This document shows positions 21,401-31,987 of a stretch of 64,000 bases of DNA, piece by piece (the stretch's first letter is position 1; each line of letters starts with the position of its first letter). The DNA is taken from positions 14,839 to 78,838 of the forward strand of contig JBAZWW010000004.1 in the NCBI GenBank assembly GCA_041660165.1. The letters are read 5' to 3'. This DNA is from Patescibacteria group bacterium (GTDB lineage: Bacteria; Patescibacteriota; Patescibacteriia; UBA9934). The notes under the pieces were generated by a model, which saw nothing but the letters and a program-made list of their open reading frames with translations, was not told the origin of the DNA and searched no databases. A program made the position numbers and the translations under genes.

Positions 21401-22525
21401 AGACGAGATGCCTCCGTCATCATCAGTATCATCAACGCCCGTTACGGTCACCGTCTGAGGTGTTGCGTAATTGACAGCGGTAAACGCAAGCGAAGAAGGC
21501 GAAACGACCGCCTCCGTTATATCCGACGAAGAAAGGGGAATGGCCACATCTGCCTCTGGTTTTCCACGAAGCGCTACCGTGAATGTAGCGGTTGATCCCG
21601 CTTCCGTGACATTACCGGAAATTTTGGTCGTCGTAACACCAGGCGCACCAAAACGAATATTTGTGTCATTCCCATTATCTATACAATTTGAATAGCAACG
21701 GATTTCACTGACTCCAATGTTAGCTATGTCCTTAAAATGAGCGGCTATCGGTAGAACATTTCCTTGAAAATCTACATTCGCAACAACACCAGATGAATCG
21801 CTAGCAACAGTGATCGCCTTGTCATCATACACACCGGCAATCAAGCGAGCATTTCCTATGATAGTGGTTGTACTCGCGGTTGGAAATGTTACCGCAGTAT
21901 TGATGTTCGTCGTTGGCCGTAAATAAAGATTATTGAATGTCGTGGCACCGGAAATTGCAACAGAAGCACCAGTCATCTGTACTATCCCGCTATTGTGCGT
22001 AAACGTACCCGCCGAATGCGTAAAGTTCCCGCCAAGCAACGTGGTGCCCGATGAAGCGGTGAACGCACCGCCCGTCAATGAAAAGTTTGTTCCGATCGTC
22101 AATGACTGGCTATCCGCAGTGAACACACCGTCAGCCTGGGCGAATGTCGCGCTCGTCGTAAGTGATCTGGCCATGGTGATGGTCCCGGTGTAACCAGCGT
22201 TGATACTGATACTCGTAATCGTTCCCGTGAATCCGGCATCAACCGTTGCATTCTTCGTCGAGGTCGTATCAAACACCACAGCATCGCCGGCACCTGGCAA
22301 AGTATCACCCAACCAGTTCAACGCACATGACCACTTATTCCCGTCCCCCGCTCCGCCTCCACATGTACCATCCGCGCCTTCACCGTCCCAAGTAATCGTG
22401 GCGGCGTATGCTGGATGAAGAAGAAGCGAAGCTGTCAGCGTTGGCACTGTAATCGCAACAAGAATCGGCAAAATAATCCGGTGTAGCCGGTGATTGAGCC
22501 AAAAGCTTATGCGCTTGTGAAGCAT
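18485..22525 (-). CDS. Large secreted surface protein (beta-helix-like N-terminus, Calx-beta-like domain, beta-propeller, Pro linker, C-terminal repeat domain)
   Basis: 1346 aa; signal peptide; TITWDG...NW...P, VTVTGVDD, YVTN-like blades, PVEPVVP repeats. Confidence 0.85.
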   Translation of the reverse strand: MLHKRISFWLNHRLHRIILPILVAITVPTLTASLLLHPAYAATITWDGEGADGTCGGGAGDGNKWSCALNWLGDTLPGAGDAVVFDTTSTKNATVDAGFTGTITSISINAGYTGTITMARSLTTSATFAQADGVFTADSQSLTIGTNFSLTGGAFTASSGTTLLGGNFTHSAGTFTHNSGIVQMTGASVAISGATTFNNLYLRPTTNINTAVTFPTASTTTIIGNARLIAGVYDDKAITVASDSSGVVANVDFQGNVLPIAAHFKDIANIGVSEIRCYSNCIDNGNDTNIRFGAPGVTTTKISGNVTEAGSTATFTVALRGKPEADVAIPLSSSDITEAVVSPSSLAFTAVNYATPQTVTVTGVDDTDDDGGISSSVVLGSATSSDALYGGLNPADVSIFTEDDETNLMTIDLDSSSTLSEEDVKGTVAWFDAVNQGTGIFKTGSGGSAVNLSAMKIQAGCRATVGGVDYLIGHVSQDVTGQVLLTDGVTSADSIYLTLVDAAVTKITCTVKPVDAVKLGGSMSQLSVLSPDLSGTAGALGRVLADDVNGRIWVTIGNTDELIGVSSTTGLEMSRKTTGDSPEGMAIDPTRNRLWVASWGTASRVTAYDASTGDYAFGTFGASSFLTGAGNSWGIIYNPEIDEIWVTQGGSSDLVERINPVTGAIIGTIAAGGHLTSLIYDSIQHVVWFSAYAGGSGANLVKITASTGAYTNGTLGSSQYPIAVGGSTDGTDRLILDATRNVLWQFTNYEVDGIDRLTKIDPVTGNILAEYVTGPGTNGMRLDETAGKIYVTYATQYLSPPGGSASGIYEFDVNTGDRLADYAVDAPDLDLALQSNGTLWAFDLVGNVLHKLVLGASPVGKYYTTLTTASSNLDFAGTNKMASAVASESLDGGNAYYALSFDARQSFKAYSGGWRTIASSLATDHGGVNGNWYYRNDASVWTPAPTNTSAEAISLAVENGATNNRMTSTILSGILPGSWATAGGFSLATANLDLAVTLETDSLASQPAVDSVAFTLAGEGSSVAQSVTNASVSIVEDATCVPTAETTLHLVAANASSVRVSNEPFGMGDSSEYIPFVADESIPITPSASGSFIRTMTLPWILSPDEGEKTVYAQFRTATGGVSSEVSDTITLSAACSVIPPVEPVVPIEPPVEPVVPPAPGGSETSYTNFVRTETSSTVYFIGDDGVRHSFISAVEFFTYVSDFTTVQVVSEEILQGHPLGKPMPPKPGTVLVKIVSSNRVYAFDADATIDNSVIHWVPTEELATKLFGVHWADYIIDLDPTAFTRLVIGAPFDDSSVVDASHFMKRTDLVERIANFLRFTARYLEHLVDWASPMNLLSRIPALFK

Positions 22526-22601
22526 ATTTACTTTAGTATAGCAAAACTATTCTAAGAATTTTGTGTTATGCTCAACGTGCTCATCCTTTACGTGATTAAC
22601 T

Positions 22602-23465
22602 ATGAAAAAAGTTCTCGTGGCAATGTCCGCGACCGCGCTTGTCATAAGCGCAGTGATACCGATGCATGCCGTACGTGCCGCCACCGCGGGTGATCTGATC
22701 AAATGCGCGGACTCAAGCGCAATCTACTATCTGGCGAAGGATGGAAAACGCTACGTCTTTCCCAATGAAAGTATTTACTATAGCTGGTACGCGAATTTCA
22801 ATGCTGTAAAAAATATCTCTTGCGGAGACCTGGCAGTGCTTCCCATTGGGGAACGAATCATGTATCAGCCGGGCACGGATCTTGTAAAAATCCCGAGCGA
22901 TCCATCAGTATTTGCCGTAGAGGACGGAAACGTGCTCAGAGAAATCCCCAATGAAAAAACCGCTGTCGATCTTTTCGGCACGGATTGGAACAAACGAGTA
23001 AAGGATGTTTCCGAAGCTTTCTGGCCAAGTTTTACGGTAGGAAAGCCCCTCGCTGACACGGAGATTCCTGAGGGAACGGTTCTTGAAGACAAGGACCATA
23101 ATCTTTTCCGCGTAAAAACAGATGGAACGGCAACAGAGGTTGATACTATCCTTACTGCAGAACAAAAAGCCGTTCTCAGTGAACACGCGCTGTTACTGCA
23201 AGATGTGGAGGATCACCTAGGAAAGACGGTCAGCCTCACCCCAACGGCCTCGGCAACGGCAACAGACCTCTCAACTCTCACCACGCATCTCGAAACAGTT
23301 GACACTGAAGAAGCTGACGAAAAAGACGTCCCAGAAATCACAGAGGTTGATGAAGAGAGCACCGAATCCGGAGACACGCACGCGGATACAAGCAATGGAA
23401 CAGATGCATCCTCGGGAGGTTCACACGAGTCAGGCAGTAATGACAGCGGATCAAGCGATTCCTAA
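22602..23465 (+). CDS. Secreted protein with CPR-type repeat domain and acidic tail
   Basis: Signal peptide; GDLIK..SSAIYYLAKDGKRYVFPNE..YYSWY; PGTDLVKIPSDPSVF. Confidence 0.82.
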   Translation: MKKVLVAMSATALVISAVIPMHAVRAATAGDLIKCADSSAIYYLAKDGKRYVFPNESIYYSWYANFNAVKNISCGDLAVLPIGERIMYQPGTDLVKIPSDPSVFAVEDGNVLREIPNEKTAVDLFGTDWNKRVKDVSEAFWPSFTVGKPLADTEIPEGTVLEDKDHNLFRVKTDGTATEVDTILTAEQKAVLSEHALLLQDVEDHLGKTVSLTPTASATATDLSTLTTHLETVDTEEADEKDVPEITEVDEESTESGDTHADTSNGTDASSGGSHESGSNDSGSSDS

Positions 23466-23471
23466 TAAGTA

Positions 23472-23499
23472 CAAAACGACCCGCACAGGGTCGTTTTTG
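23472..23499. terminator. Intrinsic terminator
   Basis: AAAACGACCC-GCACA-GGGTCGTTTT followed by T-rich sequence. Confidence 0.75.
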
Positions 23500-23532
23500 T
23501 TTTTACGAACAATTACCGTACAATATTTTTAT

Positions 23533-24813
23533 ATGGACCTCTTTGAGACTCAGCTTAAAACATCCTTGCCAAGTACCCCGCTAGCCGAACGCATGCGGCC
23601 ACGAACACTCGACGAGTTTTTCGGGCAATCAAACATTGTGGGCGAGGGTAAATACTTGCGTACAATGATGATGGGAGACAATTTGCCTTCGCTCATTTTT
23701 TGGGGTCCGCCAGGAGTTGGGAAAACAACCCTGGCGCAAATCATAGCTAAGATGACGAAAGCTCGGTTTCTTCCATTGAGCGCAGTCTCTGGCGGAGTAA
23801 AAGACGTGCGCGACATCATCAAAGACGCTGAAGAACGCCGAAAGTTTTATGGCGAGCGAACGATTCTCTTTGTTGACGAAATTCATCGCTTCAACAAATC
23901 ACAACAAGATGCATTTTTACCGGCTGTTGAAAAGGGCATTGTCACTCTGATCGGTGCCACAACTGAAAATCCATCATTCGAGGTGAACTCGGCGCTTCTT
24001 TCACGCGCTCGTGTAGTAGTGCTCGAACGCTTGGGCGAGGAAGACATTGTAAAAATTCTTCGTCAAGCACTCGCTGACAAAGAACGCGGACTCGGCAAAG
24101 AAAAGATTGAGGTCAGTAACGAGACACTCACGGCCCTTGCCAATATAGGCAATGGAGATGCGAGAAATGCACTGAATACGCTGGAGATTGCAGTGAAAAT
24201 CGCACCACTCTGCCCCTCACCCATGGCGCTCGTGCCCTCACCGAGCCTCTCCCAGGATGGGAGAGGTCCTCAAGGCGCTTCCATCGTGATTACGAATGAC
24301 ATCATCGCTCAGGCACTCCAGCGAACACATTTGGTATACGACCGTGCCGGCGAAGAACACTACAATATTATTTCAGCGTTGCATAAATCAATGCGAGGTA
24401 ACGATGCGAATGCTGCGCTCTATTGGCTTGGCCGAATGCTCGAAGCTGGCGAAGATCCGCTTTATGTGGCCCGCCGTCTCGTTCGGTTCGCTTCCGAGGA
24501 CATAGGACTCGCTGACCCGAACGCGCTCGTGCAAGCGGTGGCTGCGCACCAAGCCTCCCACATGCTTGGCCTGCCCGAATGTAATGTCATCCTTGCCCAA
24601 TGCGTGGCGTATTTATCAAACGCTCCCAAATCAAACGCACTCTACACGGCATACTCGGCCGTTCAACAGGATATTCGCGATCTACCAAATGAACCCGTTC
24701 CGCTCCACATCAGAAACGCCCCGACCAAACTCATGAAAAATCTTGGGTGCGGGGACGCAAAACAAGAATTTCTGCCTGACAAACTGCAAGGAAAAAAGTA
24801 TCTCAGTTCGTAG
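23533..24813 (+). CDS. rarA: Replication-associated recombination protein A (MgsA/RarA)
   Basis: [50 protein letters not shown]. Confidence 0.95.
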   Translation: MDLFETQLKTSLPSTPLAERMRPRTLDEFFGQSNIVGEGKYLRTMMMGDNLPSLIFWGPPGVGKTTLAQIIAKMTKARFLPLSAVSGGVKDVRDIIKDAEERRKFYGERTILFVDEIHRFNKSQQDAFLPAVEKGIVTLIGATTENPSFEVNSALLSRARVVVLERLGEEDIVKILRQALADKERGLGKEKIEVSNETLTALANIGNGDARNALNTLEIAVKIAPLCPSPMALVPSPSLSQDGRGPQGASIVITNDIIAQALQRTHLVYDRAGEEHYNIISALHKSMRGNDANAALYWLGRMLEAGEDPLYVARRLVRFASEDIGLADPNALVQAVAAHQASHMLGLPECNVILAQCVAYLSNAPKSNALYTAYSAVQQDIRDLPNEPVPLHIRNAPTKLMKNLGCGDAKQEFLPDKLQGKKYLSS

Positions 24814-24830
24814 TATACTTATGGAGGCTC

Positions 24831-27800
24831 ATGCCGACTCCAATGGAAATACGTTTTCGCAACAAGGCATTCAGAATGATCTGGAGCGTTTGTTTACTTA
24901 TCGGACTTTCTTTTTCCGGTCTTTTAGTGGCGCGCGCTACAACTCCAAATCCAGGGCATCCTTGGGCAGGCGTTGGGGACGGTGTCTTTGCCATCACCGG
25001 CCCCTCAATTCTCCGCACCTTCACCTTTCCTGACGCGGACGCAACCGTTCTGACGTCGCTCACAAATGATTTTGACCGCGCCACTGCCGGCGCGCTGACG
25101 TTCGGAAATACAAACGCCACCTCCGTCAGCGTCTGCAACTCCCTGGCTTGTGACACTGTGGATATTGCCACAAATGCAGACGCGGACACCGTCACCATAG
25201 GCGATGCTCTAGACAGCGTTGCGCTTGCTTCAGCAAACTGGAGCATTACCGCGCCGGGAGTTGCCACCTTCTCCTCTCTTGGCCTCACCGGAGATCTTGA
25301 CCTGGCTACGCACATCATTACGAATATTGGCAATACCGGTACGGACTTTGTTGCCACTACCGGAGCACTTAATCTAGCGGGCGTCCTCACTGCAAACGGC
25401 GGAATTATCGTTGCAGCGAACCAAAACTTTACTATCGACGCTGGAACGGGAACGGCGACGTTCACAAGCACGGGCGGCACTTCGTTTGCTCGTAATTTAT
25501 TTTCATCCGGCACAAACGTCATTGCGGCCCAATTTGGAAGCGGATCTACGTCAGGGTTCACTGCTGACCAGTATGGTGGAGCAGTCCGGTTCAATGGCTC
25601 GGGTGTGGCATGGGGTGATATGTCATATTACCCAAATGGTGGAGCCAGCGGAAGCCAAGGAAATTTCAGACTCTCTACAACTGGTGGAGTACTCGCAACG
25701 ACACCAAGCGGTAAACTCGGGATCGGAGAATTATATTCAGTGGGTAACGTCGGCATTGGAACTGCGGCGCCAACTCGCATACTAGATATCGTCGGAGGTA
25801 GTCCCCGATTTTATAACTCCACCACGCCAACCTACAGCAGTTCAGTAAACTTAGGAGTGACCGCCCTTGACCTTGTAAATCGCGCCGCCAACGGCTCTGT
25901 TTCTGGCCTTCATGTTTACATGAGCGGAACAAATTCTGGAACGTTTCTCACGAGTACAGCGAGTTCTACCGGCTTCTGGTCTTCTGGCGCAAGATTTCAC
26001 GGTTCGGGTCTTTATGTTCCTACTGAAACTACCGCAACATCAATCATGGAAAATGCCGGAGCCATTCAATTTCTTTATGGTACTGGTCTAACGCCAGGAA
26101 CCACGACAGCATTAACTGAGTCGATGAGAATTTCAACCACCGGAAACGTAGGAATCGGTACCACGACACCAACAAAGCAATTAACTTTTGGTCAAGTGGC
26201 AGCTGATCCTATTCAAATCCGTCGCGACACAACATCCCAAGGAAATCCGGCGGTGGGCACAGGTATCTCATGGACGTGGAATAACGCAGCGGAGAACGAT
26301 AACACATGGGCAGCCATTAGAGCCATCATGCCTGGTAGCACTAATTCCCATTTAACTTTTTCAACAACCCCCGTCGCGGGTGGTGCGGCGGGTTTACTGG
26401 AAAGAATGAGAATTGAAGATTCAGGAGATGTTGGCATCGGGGATGCTACCCCGGCCTCAATGTTCACCGTGGGCAATGGTGATCTCTTTCAAGTAAACTC
26501 AAGCGGTGCTATTGCGGCCGCAACGGGAATCATCACGAGCGGGGCATATGTCCAAACGTACACTGGGACAGGAAATGCGGCCTCCATCACATCTACCTCA
26601 ACCACAAATGGCTCAAAAGGCCTCATTATTCAAAACACCGGTGCTGTCACCGGAACTGGCTACGGTGGCATGTTCATAAAATCTGGGGTATCTACAACCA
26701 ATGTGGGTCTCTACGCTTCCGCCTCCGGTGGAACAAATAATTACGCGGCCATTTTTGATGCGGGATACGTAGGAATCGGAACCGCGAGTCCGATAGCAAA
26801 ATTAAATATACAGGGCAGTTGGGCTCAAACCCTACTAGATGGCGACAACGTTGTCATAAGAAAACCAAACTACGCCGGAGGCGGGTGGGCCAGAACTTTG
26901 ATGAATTTCCAAGAATATGACGGAACGACAATCACTAGCTTAGGAGCACTCGGCACTAACAATACCTTCGTTTACGGATTCATTGGAGCCGCCTACAACG
27001 ACGCCGCAATCCAGTGGTACCCCGATAAAACCGTTACCCTCGGTGGCAACGTCACCACCGTAGGTAGCGTTGGTATTGGGGATACCACTCCGGCCTCCAT
27101 GCTCACCGTGGGTAACGGCGACCTCTTCCAAGTAAACTCAAGCGGTGCTATTGCGGCGGCAACGGGGATTATCACAAGCGGGCAATACGCGCAAACTTTC
27201 GCCGGCACAACAACCGCGGGAGCTACAATCACCGCGAACTCGCTTACAACCGGTACGGCACTCATTATTCCTCACACGACATCAGTCATCGCATCCGGTG
27301 GCTCGCTCATTCGAGCATCCTCATCATCCGTTGATACTTCAACAACGACAGGAACGCTCCTTGACCTTGCGTCAACCGGTTCAACCGCAGGAACGATTGC
27401 TTTGATCACGAATAACACCGCTCTTTTTACCGGCATTAGCGAATCAATTTCAAACACGGGTCTGACCACGGGTACAGGACTCGCCATTACCGGCGGGAGC
27501 ACAATTACCACAAATGGTGAACTCGTTAATCTCGACATAAGCACCTCCACCGCAGGACAGGCACTCAACATCCAAGGAACAGGCAACTATGCCGGTACCG
27601 GACTTGTATCCATCGTAGAAAATAATTCGTCAATGACGAGCGGTATCGGGCTCCTTCTCAGTAACGTAGTGACCGGCGGAAATACAAACTCCCCACTTAT
27701 CTCCCTTCAGGGAAACGGCTACACCGCAATTGGCCCTACGAACATTACCGGTGCGTTTACGCTTCAAACCATTCCGTCCAATGGCTCAGCGGGCAAACTC

Positions 27801-29282
27801 ATGATCGCTCAGACTGGCTGGGGCGTGGCAGCGGCCAATGATCTTTCCATTTCTGAAACCGGTGCCGTTGTGACAAGAGGCGGTGTCACTACCGGTGCCG
27901 GTACCCCTGACATTGCGGAAAACGTACCCGTGTCTGACCTCACGCTAGAAAAGGGCGATGTCATGGCTCTTGATACCTCCGCAACCGGCGACGGATCACT
28001 TTACAACAACTTCAAAGCAAAAAAAAGCCAGTCCGCATATGATAGCCAGCTCCTTGGTGTCGTTTCAACGTCTCCAGGTCTCATCCTCAACGGGCCGGAC
28101 AATGTTGCGGATGAGAACATGAGCAAACCGAACGAACGGCTTCTTGCACTTGCCGGCCGTGTTCCGGTAAAAGTCTCTGATCAAAATGGACCGGTAAAAC
28201 AAGGCGATTATCTTACATCCTCTTCAACTCCCGGCGTCGCAATGAAAGCAACGCATGCTGGTGCTGTCATTGGACAGGCACTTGAAAATTGGGACACAAC
28301 GTCTGGCAAGACCCAGGTACTTATCAGCGTAAAACCGGGATATTACAACGGAGAAAGTTTGAACGAAGTGGCAGGAACATCAGACCAAATCCTTGCGAAG
28401 CTTCTTGCGGATCAAACAAGCGGAGGAGCACTGACCGCATCAGCCGAGCTACTCACCGGACGCATCGCGGCAGGACTCGAGATCATCACACCGAGCATCA
28501 CCTCAAAGGGATTGAGGATCGACAACATCACTGCGCTCAATGACATCATCTCATTCCAGTCTGACATCGCATTTATTGGCCGGCCGTTCTTTAACAAAGA
28601 CACCGGTGGATTCGCCGTTATTCATACTGGCGACACTTCAGTACACGTCGCGTTTGAAAAACCATATATCGCAACACCTGTTGTTCAAGCGTCAGTGACA
28701 TTCGACGAACTCGCAGATCCCATCGCCCAAGCGCAAGCCGAAACAGATTACTTTGCGAGCGGAACACAGCTCATCATCACCAGAAAATCTCTAGCGGGAT
28801 TCACCATCATGCTGAACGTGCCCACAACAAAAGATCTGAAGATCAACTGGCTAGCACTCGCTATCACGGACGCTCGAACAGATGAGTCCGTTCCCACGTC
28901 AACCGCACCTGTTACTGCCTCAATTAATCCGGTGACAACGATTGATCCAGCGCCCTCTGCCCCTACTACTACAATAGATCCTGCACTCACCACATCAACC
29001 ACGACGACCGTTGTTGATCCAACAGCTTCAACTTCAACCACCACCACGGTTACAGACCCTACCGCAGTAGTCACAGATCCAGCAGTAACCGCAATTGATC
29101 CAGCACTCACAACTACAACAGCCACCGTTGTGGATCCCACGGCAACAACCGTCGATCCTACACTCACAACTACATCAACTACCGTCGATCCGACAGTCAC
29201 CACCGTTGACCCCGCACCTGCTCCAGCCCCTGCTCCCGATCCGGCTCCGGCTCCCGCACCCGATCCTGCACCGGTTATTTAA
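24831..29282 (+). CDS. Large tail-fibre-like adhesin with putative intramolecular chaperone domain and Thr/Pro-rich tail
   Basis: Signal peptide; GNVGIGT repeats; DIAE...LAGRVPVKV...GDYLTSS..PGVAMKA..IGQALE; (T)nVDP repeats. Confidence 0.8.
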   Translation: MPTPMEIRFRNKAFRMIWSVCLLIGLSFSGLLVARATTPNPGHPWAGVGDGVFAITGPSILRTFTFPDADATVLTSLTNDFDRATAGALTFGNTNATSVSVCNSLACDTVDIATNADADTVTIGDALDSVALASANWSITAPGVATFSSLGLTGDLDLATHIITNIGNTGTDFVATTGALNLAGVLTANGGIIVAANQNFTIDAGTGTATFTSTGGTSFARNLFSSGTNVIAAQFGSGSTSGFTADQYGGAVRFNGSGVAWGDMSYYPNGGASGSQGNFRLSTTGGVLATTPSGKLGIGELYSVGNVGIGTAAPTRILDIVGGSPRFYNSTTPTYSSSVNLGVTALDLVNRAANGSVSGLHVYMSGTNSGTFLTSTASSTGFWSSGARFHGSGLYVPTETTATSIMENAGAIQFLYGTGLTPGTTTALTESMRISTTGNVGIGTTTPTKQLTFGQVAADPIQIRRDTTSQGNPAVGTGISWTWNNAAENDNTWAAIRAIMPGSTNSHLTFSTTPVAGGAAGLLERMRIEDSGDVGIGDATPASMFTVGNGDLFQVNSSGAIAAATGIITSGAYVQTYTGTGNAASITSTSTTNGSKGLIIQNTGAVTGTGYGGMFIKSGVSTTNVGLYASASGGTNNYAAIFDAGYVGIGTASPIAKLNIQGSWAQTLLDGDNVVIRKPNYAGGGWARTLMNFQEYDGTTITSLGALGTNNTFVYGFIGAAYNDAAIQWYPDKTVTLGGNVTTVGSVGIGDTTPASMLTVGNGDLFQVNSSGAIAAATGIITSGQYAQTFAGTTTAGATITANSLTTGTALIIPHTTSVIASGGSLIRASSSSVDTSTTTGTLLDLASTGSTAGTIALITNNTALFTGISESISNTGLTTGTGLAITGGSTITTNGELVNLDISTSTAGQALNIQGTGNYAGTGLVSIVENNSSMTSGIGLLLSNVVTGGNTNSPLISLQGNGYTAIGPTNITGAFTLQTIPSNGSAGKLMIAQTGWGVAAANDLSISETGAVVTRGGVTTGAGTPDIAENVPVSDLTLEKGDVMALDTSATGDGSLYNNFKAKKSQSAYDSQLLGVVSTSPGLILNGPDNVADENMSKPNERLLALAGRVPVKVSDQNGPVKQGDYLTSSSTPGVAMKATHAGAVIGQALENWDTTSGKTQVLISVKPGYYNGESLNEVAGTSDQILAKLLADQTSGGALTASAELLTGRIAAGLEIITPSITSKGLRIDNITALNDIISFQSDIAFIGRPFFNKDTGGFAVIHTGDTSVHVAFEKPYIATPVVQASVTFDELADPIAQAQAETDYFASGTQLIITRKSLAGFTIMLNVPTTKDLKINWLALAITDARTDESVPTSTAPVTASINPVTTIDPAPSAPTTTIDPALTTSTTTTVVDPTASTSTTTTVTDPTAVVTDPAVTAIDPALTTTTATVVDPTATTVDPTLTTTSTTVDPTVTTVDPAPAPAPAPDPAPAPAPDPAPVI

Positions 29283-29345
29283 GCTGTCGCTCAAAAAAAG
29301 TGTCCGTGGTAGTATAGAAGCACTCATAAACGAGGAGGTTTTGCT

Positions 29346-29771
29346 ATGAAAAAAATCGCCCTTGCCGTACTCACTGCTATCGCCATAGTCTCAATCGCCG
29401 GGAATTTTTACCTTGGCCATAAACTCACCGCCCTCGCAAAAAATGTTGCCCCTGTTGATGATTCCGCAAAAATCATTACCCAAGTAGGAAAACTTATTGA
29501 ACTCCCTGACGGGGAAACGCCGACAATCGCCAAAGTAGATGACCCTGAACAACTCAAAAAACAGGGACTTTTCCAAAAAGCACAAAAAGGCGATACCGTC
29601 CTTATTTACCCCACAGAAAAAAAAGCTATCCTCTATCGTTCTTCGGAAAATAAAATCATTGAAGTCACCAGCGTGAACGTTACTGAAACACTGCCCACAA
29701 AAACTCCCGCGCCTGCCCCAGCACCCGTTCCCGCTCCGGCCGTAGCACCAACCGTACCACCCACTCCGTAA
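29346..29771 (+). CDS. Membrane-anchored hypothetical protein
   Basis: N-terminal TM; VGKLIELPDGETPTIA...AQKGD.VLIY...KAILYR. Confidence 0.8.
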   Translation: MKKIALAVLTAIAIVSIAGNFYLGHKLTALAKNVAPVDDSAKIITQVGKLIELPDGETPTIAKVDDPEQLKKQGLFQKAQKGDTVLIYPTEKKAILYRSSENKIIEVTSVNVTETLPTKTPAPAPAPVPAPAVAPTVPPTP

Positions 29772-29799
29772 ATGAAGAAGTCGGGTCACACCAGGATGT

Positions 29800-30771
29800 A
29801 TGACGCGTGCCCTCCGCTCCATTTTTCTTACGCTATCCTTTATAGGGATTCTTCTTGGTGCACCCGTAGCAAATGCAGGCACTCTTTCATGTACCGTTGC
29901 CACAACATGTCCAACGGGCACCGTGGTTTATCGGCTCTATGACCCAAACGGTAACCACGCAGAGATGCCAAGCCAATCGCTCTATACTTATCTAGCGTGC
30001 TGTACAGGCGTGCCTGGTCTGGGAAATAGCTGTATCACCGGTACAAATGCGGTAGTAGTAAAACTTTCCGGAACAAGCAATGCGCACATAGAACAAAACG
30101 CCCAAGCAAACTACGCTAATGACGCCTGCTTGTCAGTTGATACAGGCGGAACGGTTATTGTTGGCTACCAACTAGTGAACTGTAGCGGTTTTGATACCAC
30201 CATCGGCTCTATGACCGCCGTTACCAATAGCCACGCTGGTGACGGAAGCGCCTATGCCATTAAAATTTGTGCCACCGCGCTCGCCCCGCAAACCTTAACC
30301 TTTGACGTTTCAGATGCCACCATTGGATTCGGAACCCTGTCCTCCGGAGCCGCTCGATATGCCACGGGAAACCTGGCCGGATCTGCGTCTGAGGTAGAAG
30401 CGCACACGCTCAGCGTCAGTTCAACGGCATCAAGCGGATACACGCTCACTGTAAGAGGAGACACGCTGGCGAATGGCGCAAAAACAATTACGGCAATTGG
30501 CGGAACAAACACCGGATCAAGCCCTGGCTCGGAACAATTCGGCTTACGATTTGTTCCCTCCGGCGGAAGCGGAACGGTGACAGCTCCATACGCAGCTGCG
30601 GGATTTGCCTTCAACGCCACCGGAACATCCACCGTTCAAATAGCCTCAACAACCGCTCCTGACACTACGCCAACCGTATTTTCCGCACGCTATCTTGCAA
30701 ATATTACCGCCGTAACAGAAGCGAGCGACTACTCCACAACACTTACCTACATAGCCACCGGAACGTTCTAA
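29800..30771 (+). CDS. Secreted Cys-rich protein with C-terminal fimbrial/WxL-like domain
   Basis: Signal peptide; C-terminal ~160 aa paralogous to the next gene, ending YSTTLTYIATGTF. Confidence 0.75.
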   Translation: MTRALRSIFLTLSFIGILLGAPVANAGTLSCTVATTCPTGTVVYRLYDPNGNHAEMPSQSLYTYLACCTGVPGLGNSCITGTNAVVVKLSGTSNAHIEQNAQANYANDACLSVDTGGTVIVGYQLVNCSGFDTTIGSMTAVTNSHAGDGSAYAIKICATALAPQTLTFDVSDATIGFGTLSSGAARYATGNLAGSASEVEAHTLSVSSTASSGYTLTVRGDTLANGAKTITAIGGTNTGSSPGSEQFGLRFVPSGGSGTVTAPYAAAGFAFNATGTSTVQIASTTAPDTTPTVFSARYLANITAVTEASDYSTTLTYIATGTF

Positions 30772-30813
30772 TTTTTTGGTGGTATACTTGCACGCAGATA
30801 ATACTGTTTTGCT

Positions 30814-31935
30814 ATGGCAAGTACCCACAAACATTTTGTCCGTAAACTTTCACGATCGGCATTGAGCTTATTTTTTGGCGTTACCGCAATGATTGTTGGT
30901 CCGCTTCTACAGATCGGGGTTTTGACGCAATACGCCCACGCTGCAGGAATCTCTGTCGCGTCTGACACAATGACTAACCAGGCAACAAGCGCAACCTCAA
31001 CTCACACCCTTGTCTGGACAAGCAGTGGATCAAACGTTGCGAATGACACCATTGCCGTCGGCTTTGTCGTAGCTGATTTTACGTTCAATTTGGCGGGAGC
31101 GTGGCAAACAACTGATTTCACCCTTTCTGACGGATCACACGCAATACCAACCGCGCCATTAGCCGTTGGCGCAGCACCAGCCTGTACGGCCACAGATAAC
31201 TATACTGTTACTGTTGCCCCAGTCTCAAGCACGCTGACTATCACCTTCTGTTCTGGCTGGGTGAGCGGTACATCACCCACCACTTTCACCGTTTATGGTA
31301 CGGCGACCACTGGCGCAGGAACAGTCACGAACAACGCAAGTAACGTAGAATCGTCGATTATTTCCATTACATACGCATCAACTAACACCACGAGTGGTAA
31401 TGTGGCCGTTGCCATTGAACCAAACGCAGACGTGGTTATCACCGCTACCGTGAACTCCACACTCACCTTCAATGTGAGTGACAACACCATCGGATTCGGC
31501 GTGCTGAGTTCTACCGCCGCCGCGTACGCAAACGGAGCAGGAACCGGATCGGCTACACCGGTCACCGCGCATACGTTTGACGTTGCAACAAACGCCGGGA
31601 GCGGGTTCACTGTTACTATCAGCGGTCCAACACTAACATCCGGAGCAAATACCATCACCGCAATTGGTGGCTCAAACACCGCCTCGGCAACAGGCACTGA
31701 ACAATTCGGTGTTCGCTACACAGAAGCCGGCGGAACGGGTGCAACGGTAACCGCGCCATACGCAGCGGCCGGCTACGCGTATGACGGCATTGCCGCTCCT
31801 TCTCAGGTTGCGTCATCAACGGGCGCAACTGCCACAGCAACCTACGACGCCATTTACCTCGCAAACATTGCAGGAGCTACTGAGGCAGGCGCCTATTCAA
31901 CCACTATTAACTACGTTGCCACGGGGCACTTTTAG
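30814..31935 (+). CDS. Secreted protein with C-terminal fimbrial/WxL-like domain
   Basis: Signal peptide; LTFNVSDNTIGFG...GTEQFG...YSTTINYVATGHF. Confidence 0.75.
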   Translation: MASTHKHFVRKLSRSALSLFFGVTAMIVGPLLQIGVLTQYAHAAGISVASDTMTNQATSATSTHTLVWTSSGSNVANDTIAVGFVVADFTFNLAGAWQTTDFTLSDGSHAIPTAPLAVGAAPACTATDNYTVTVAPVSSTLTITFCSGWVSGTSPTTFTVYGTATTGAGTVTNNASNVESSIISITYASTNTTSGNVAVAIEPNADVVITATVNSTLTFNVSDNTIGFGVLSSTAAAYANGAGTGSATPVTAHTFDVATNAGSGFTVTISGPTLTSGANTITAIGGSNTASATGTEQFGVRYTEAGGTGATVTAPYAAAGYAYDGIAAPSQVASSTGATATATYDAIYLANIAGATEAGAYSTTINYVATGHF

Positions 31936-31987
31936 AAAAAGGTCTATCGCACGGTTCCCCTAGACAGTCTGGGCGGTACTTGAGAAC

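Noticed and set aside
24831-29282. Prophage, suggested by the tail-fibre-like gene
   Set aside because: The protein has a signal peptide and there are no capsid, terminase, portal or integrase genes in the window.
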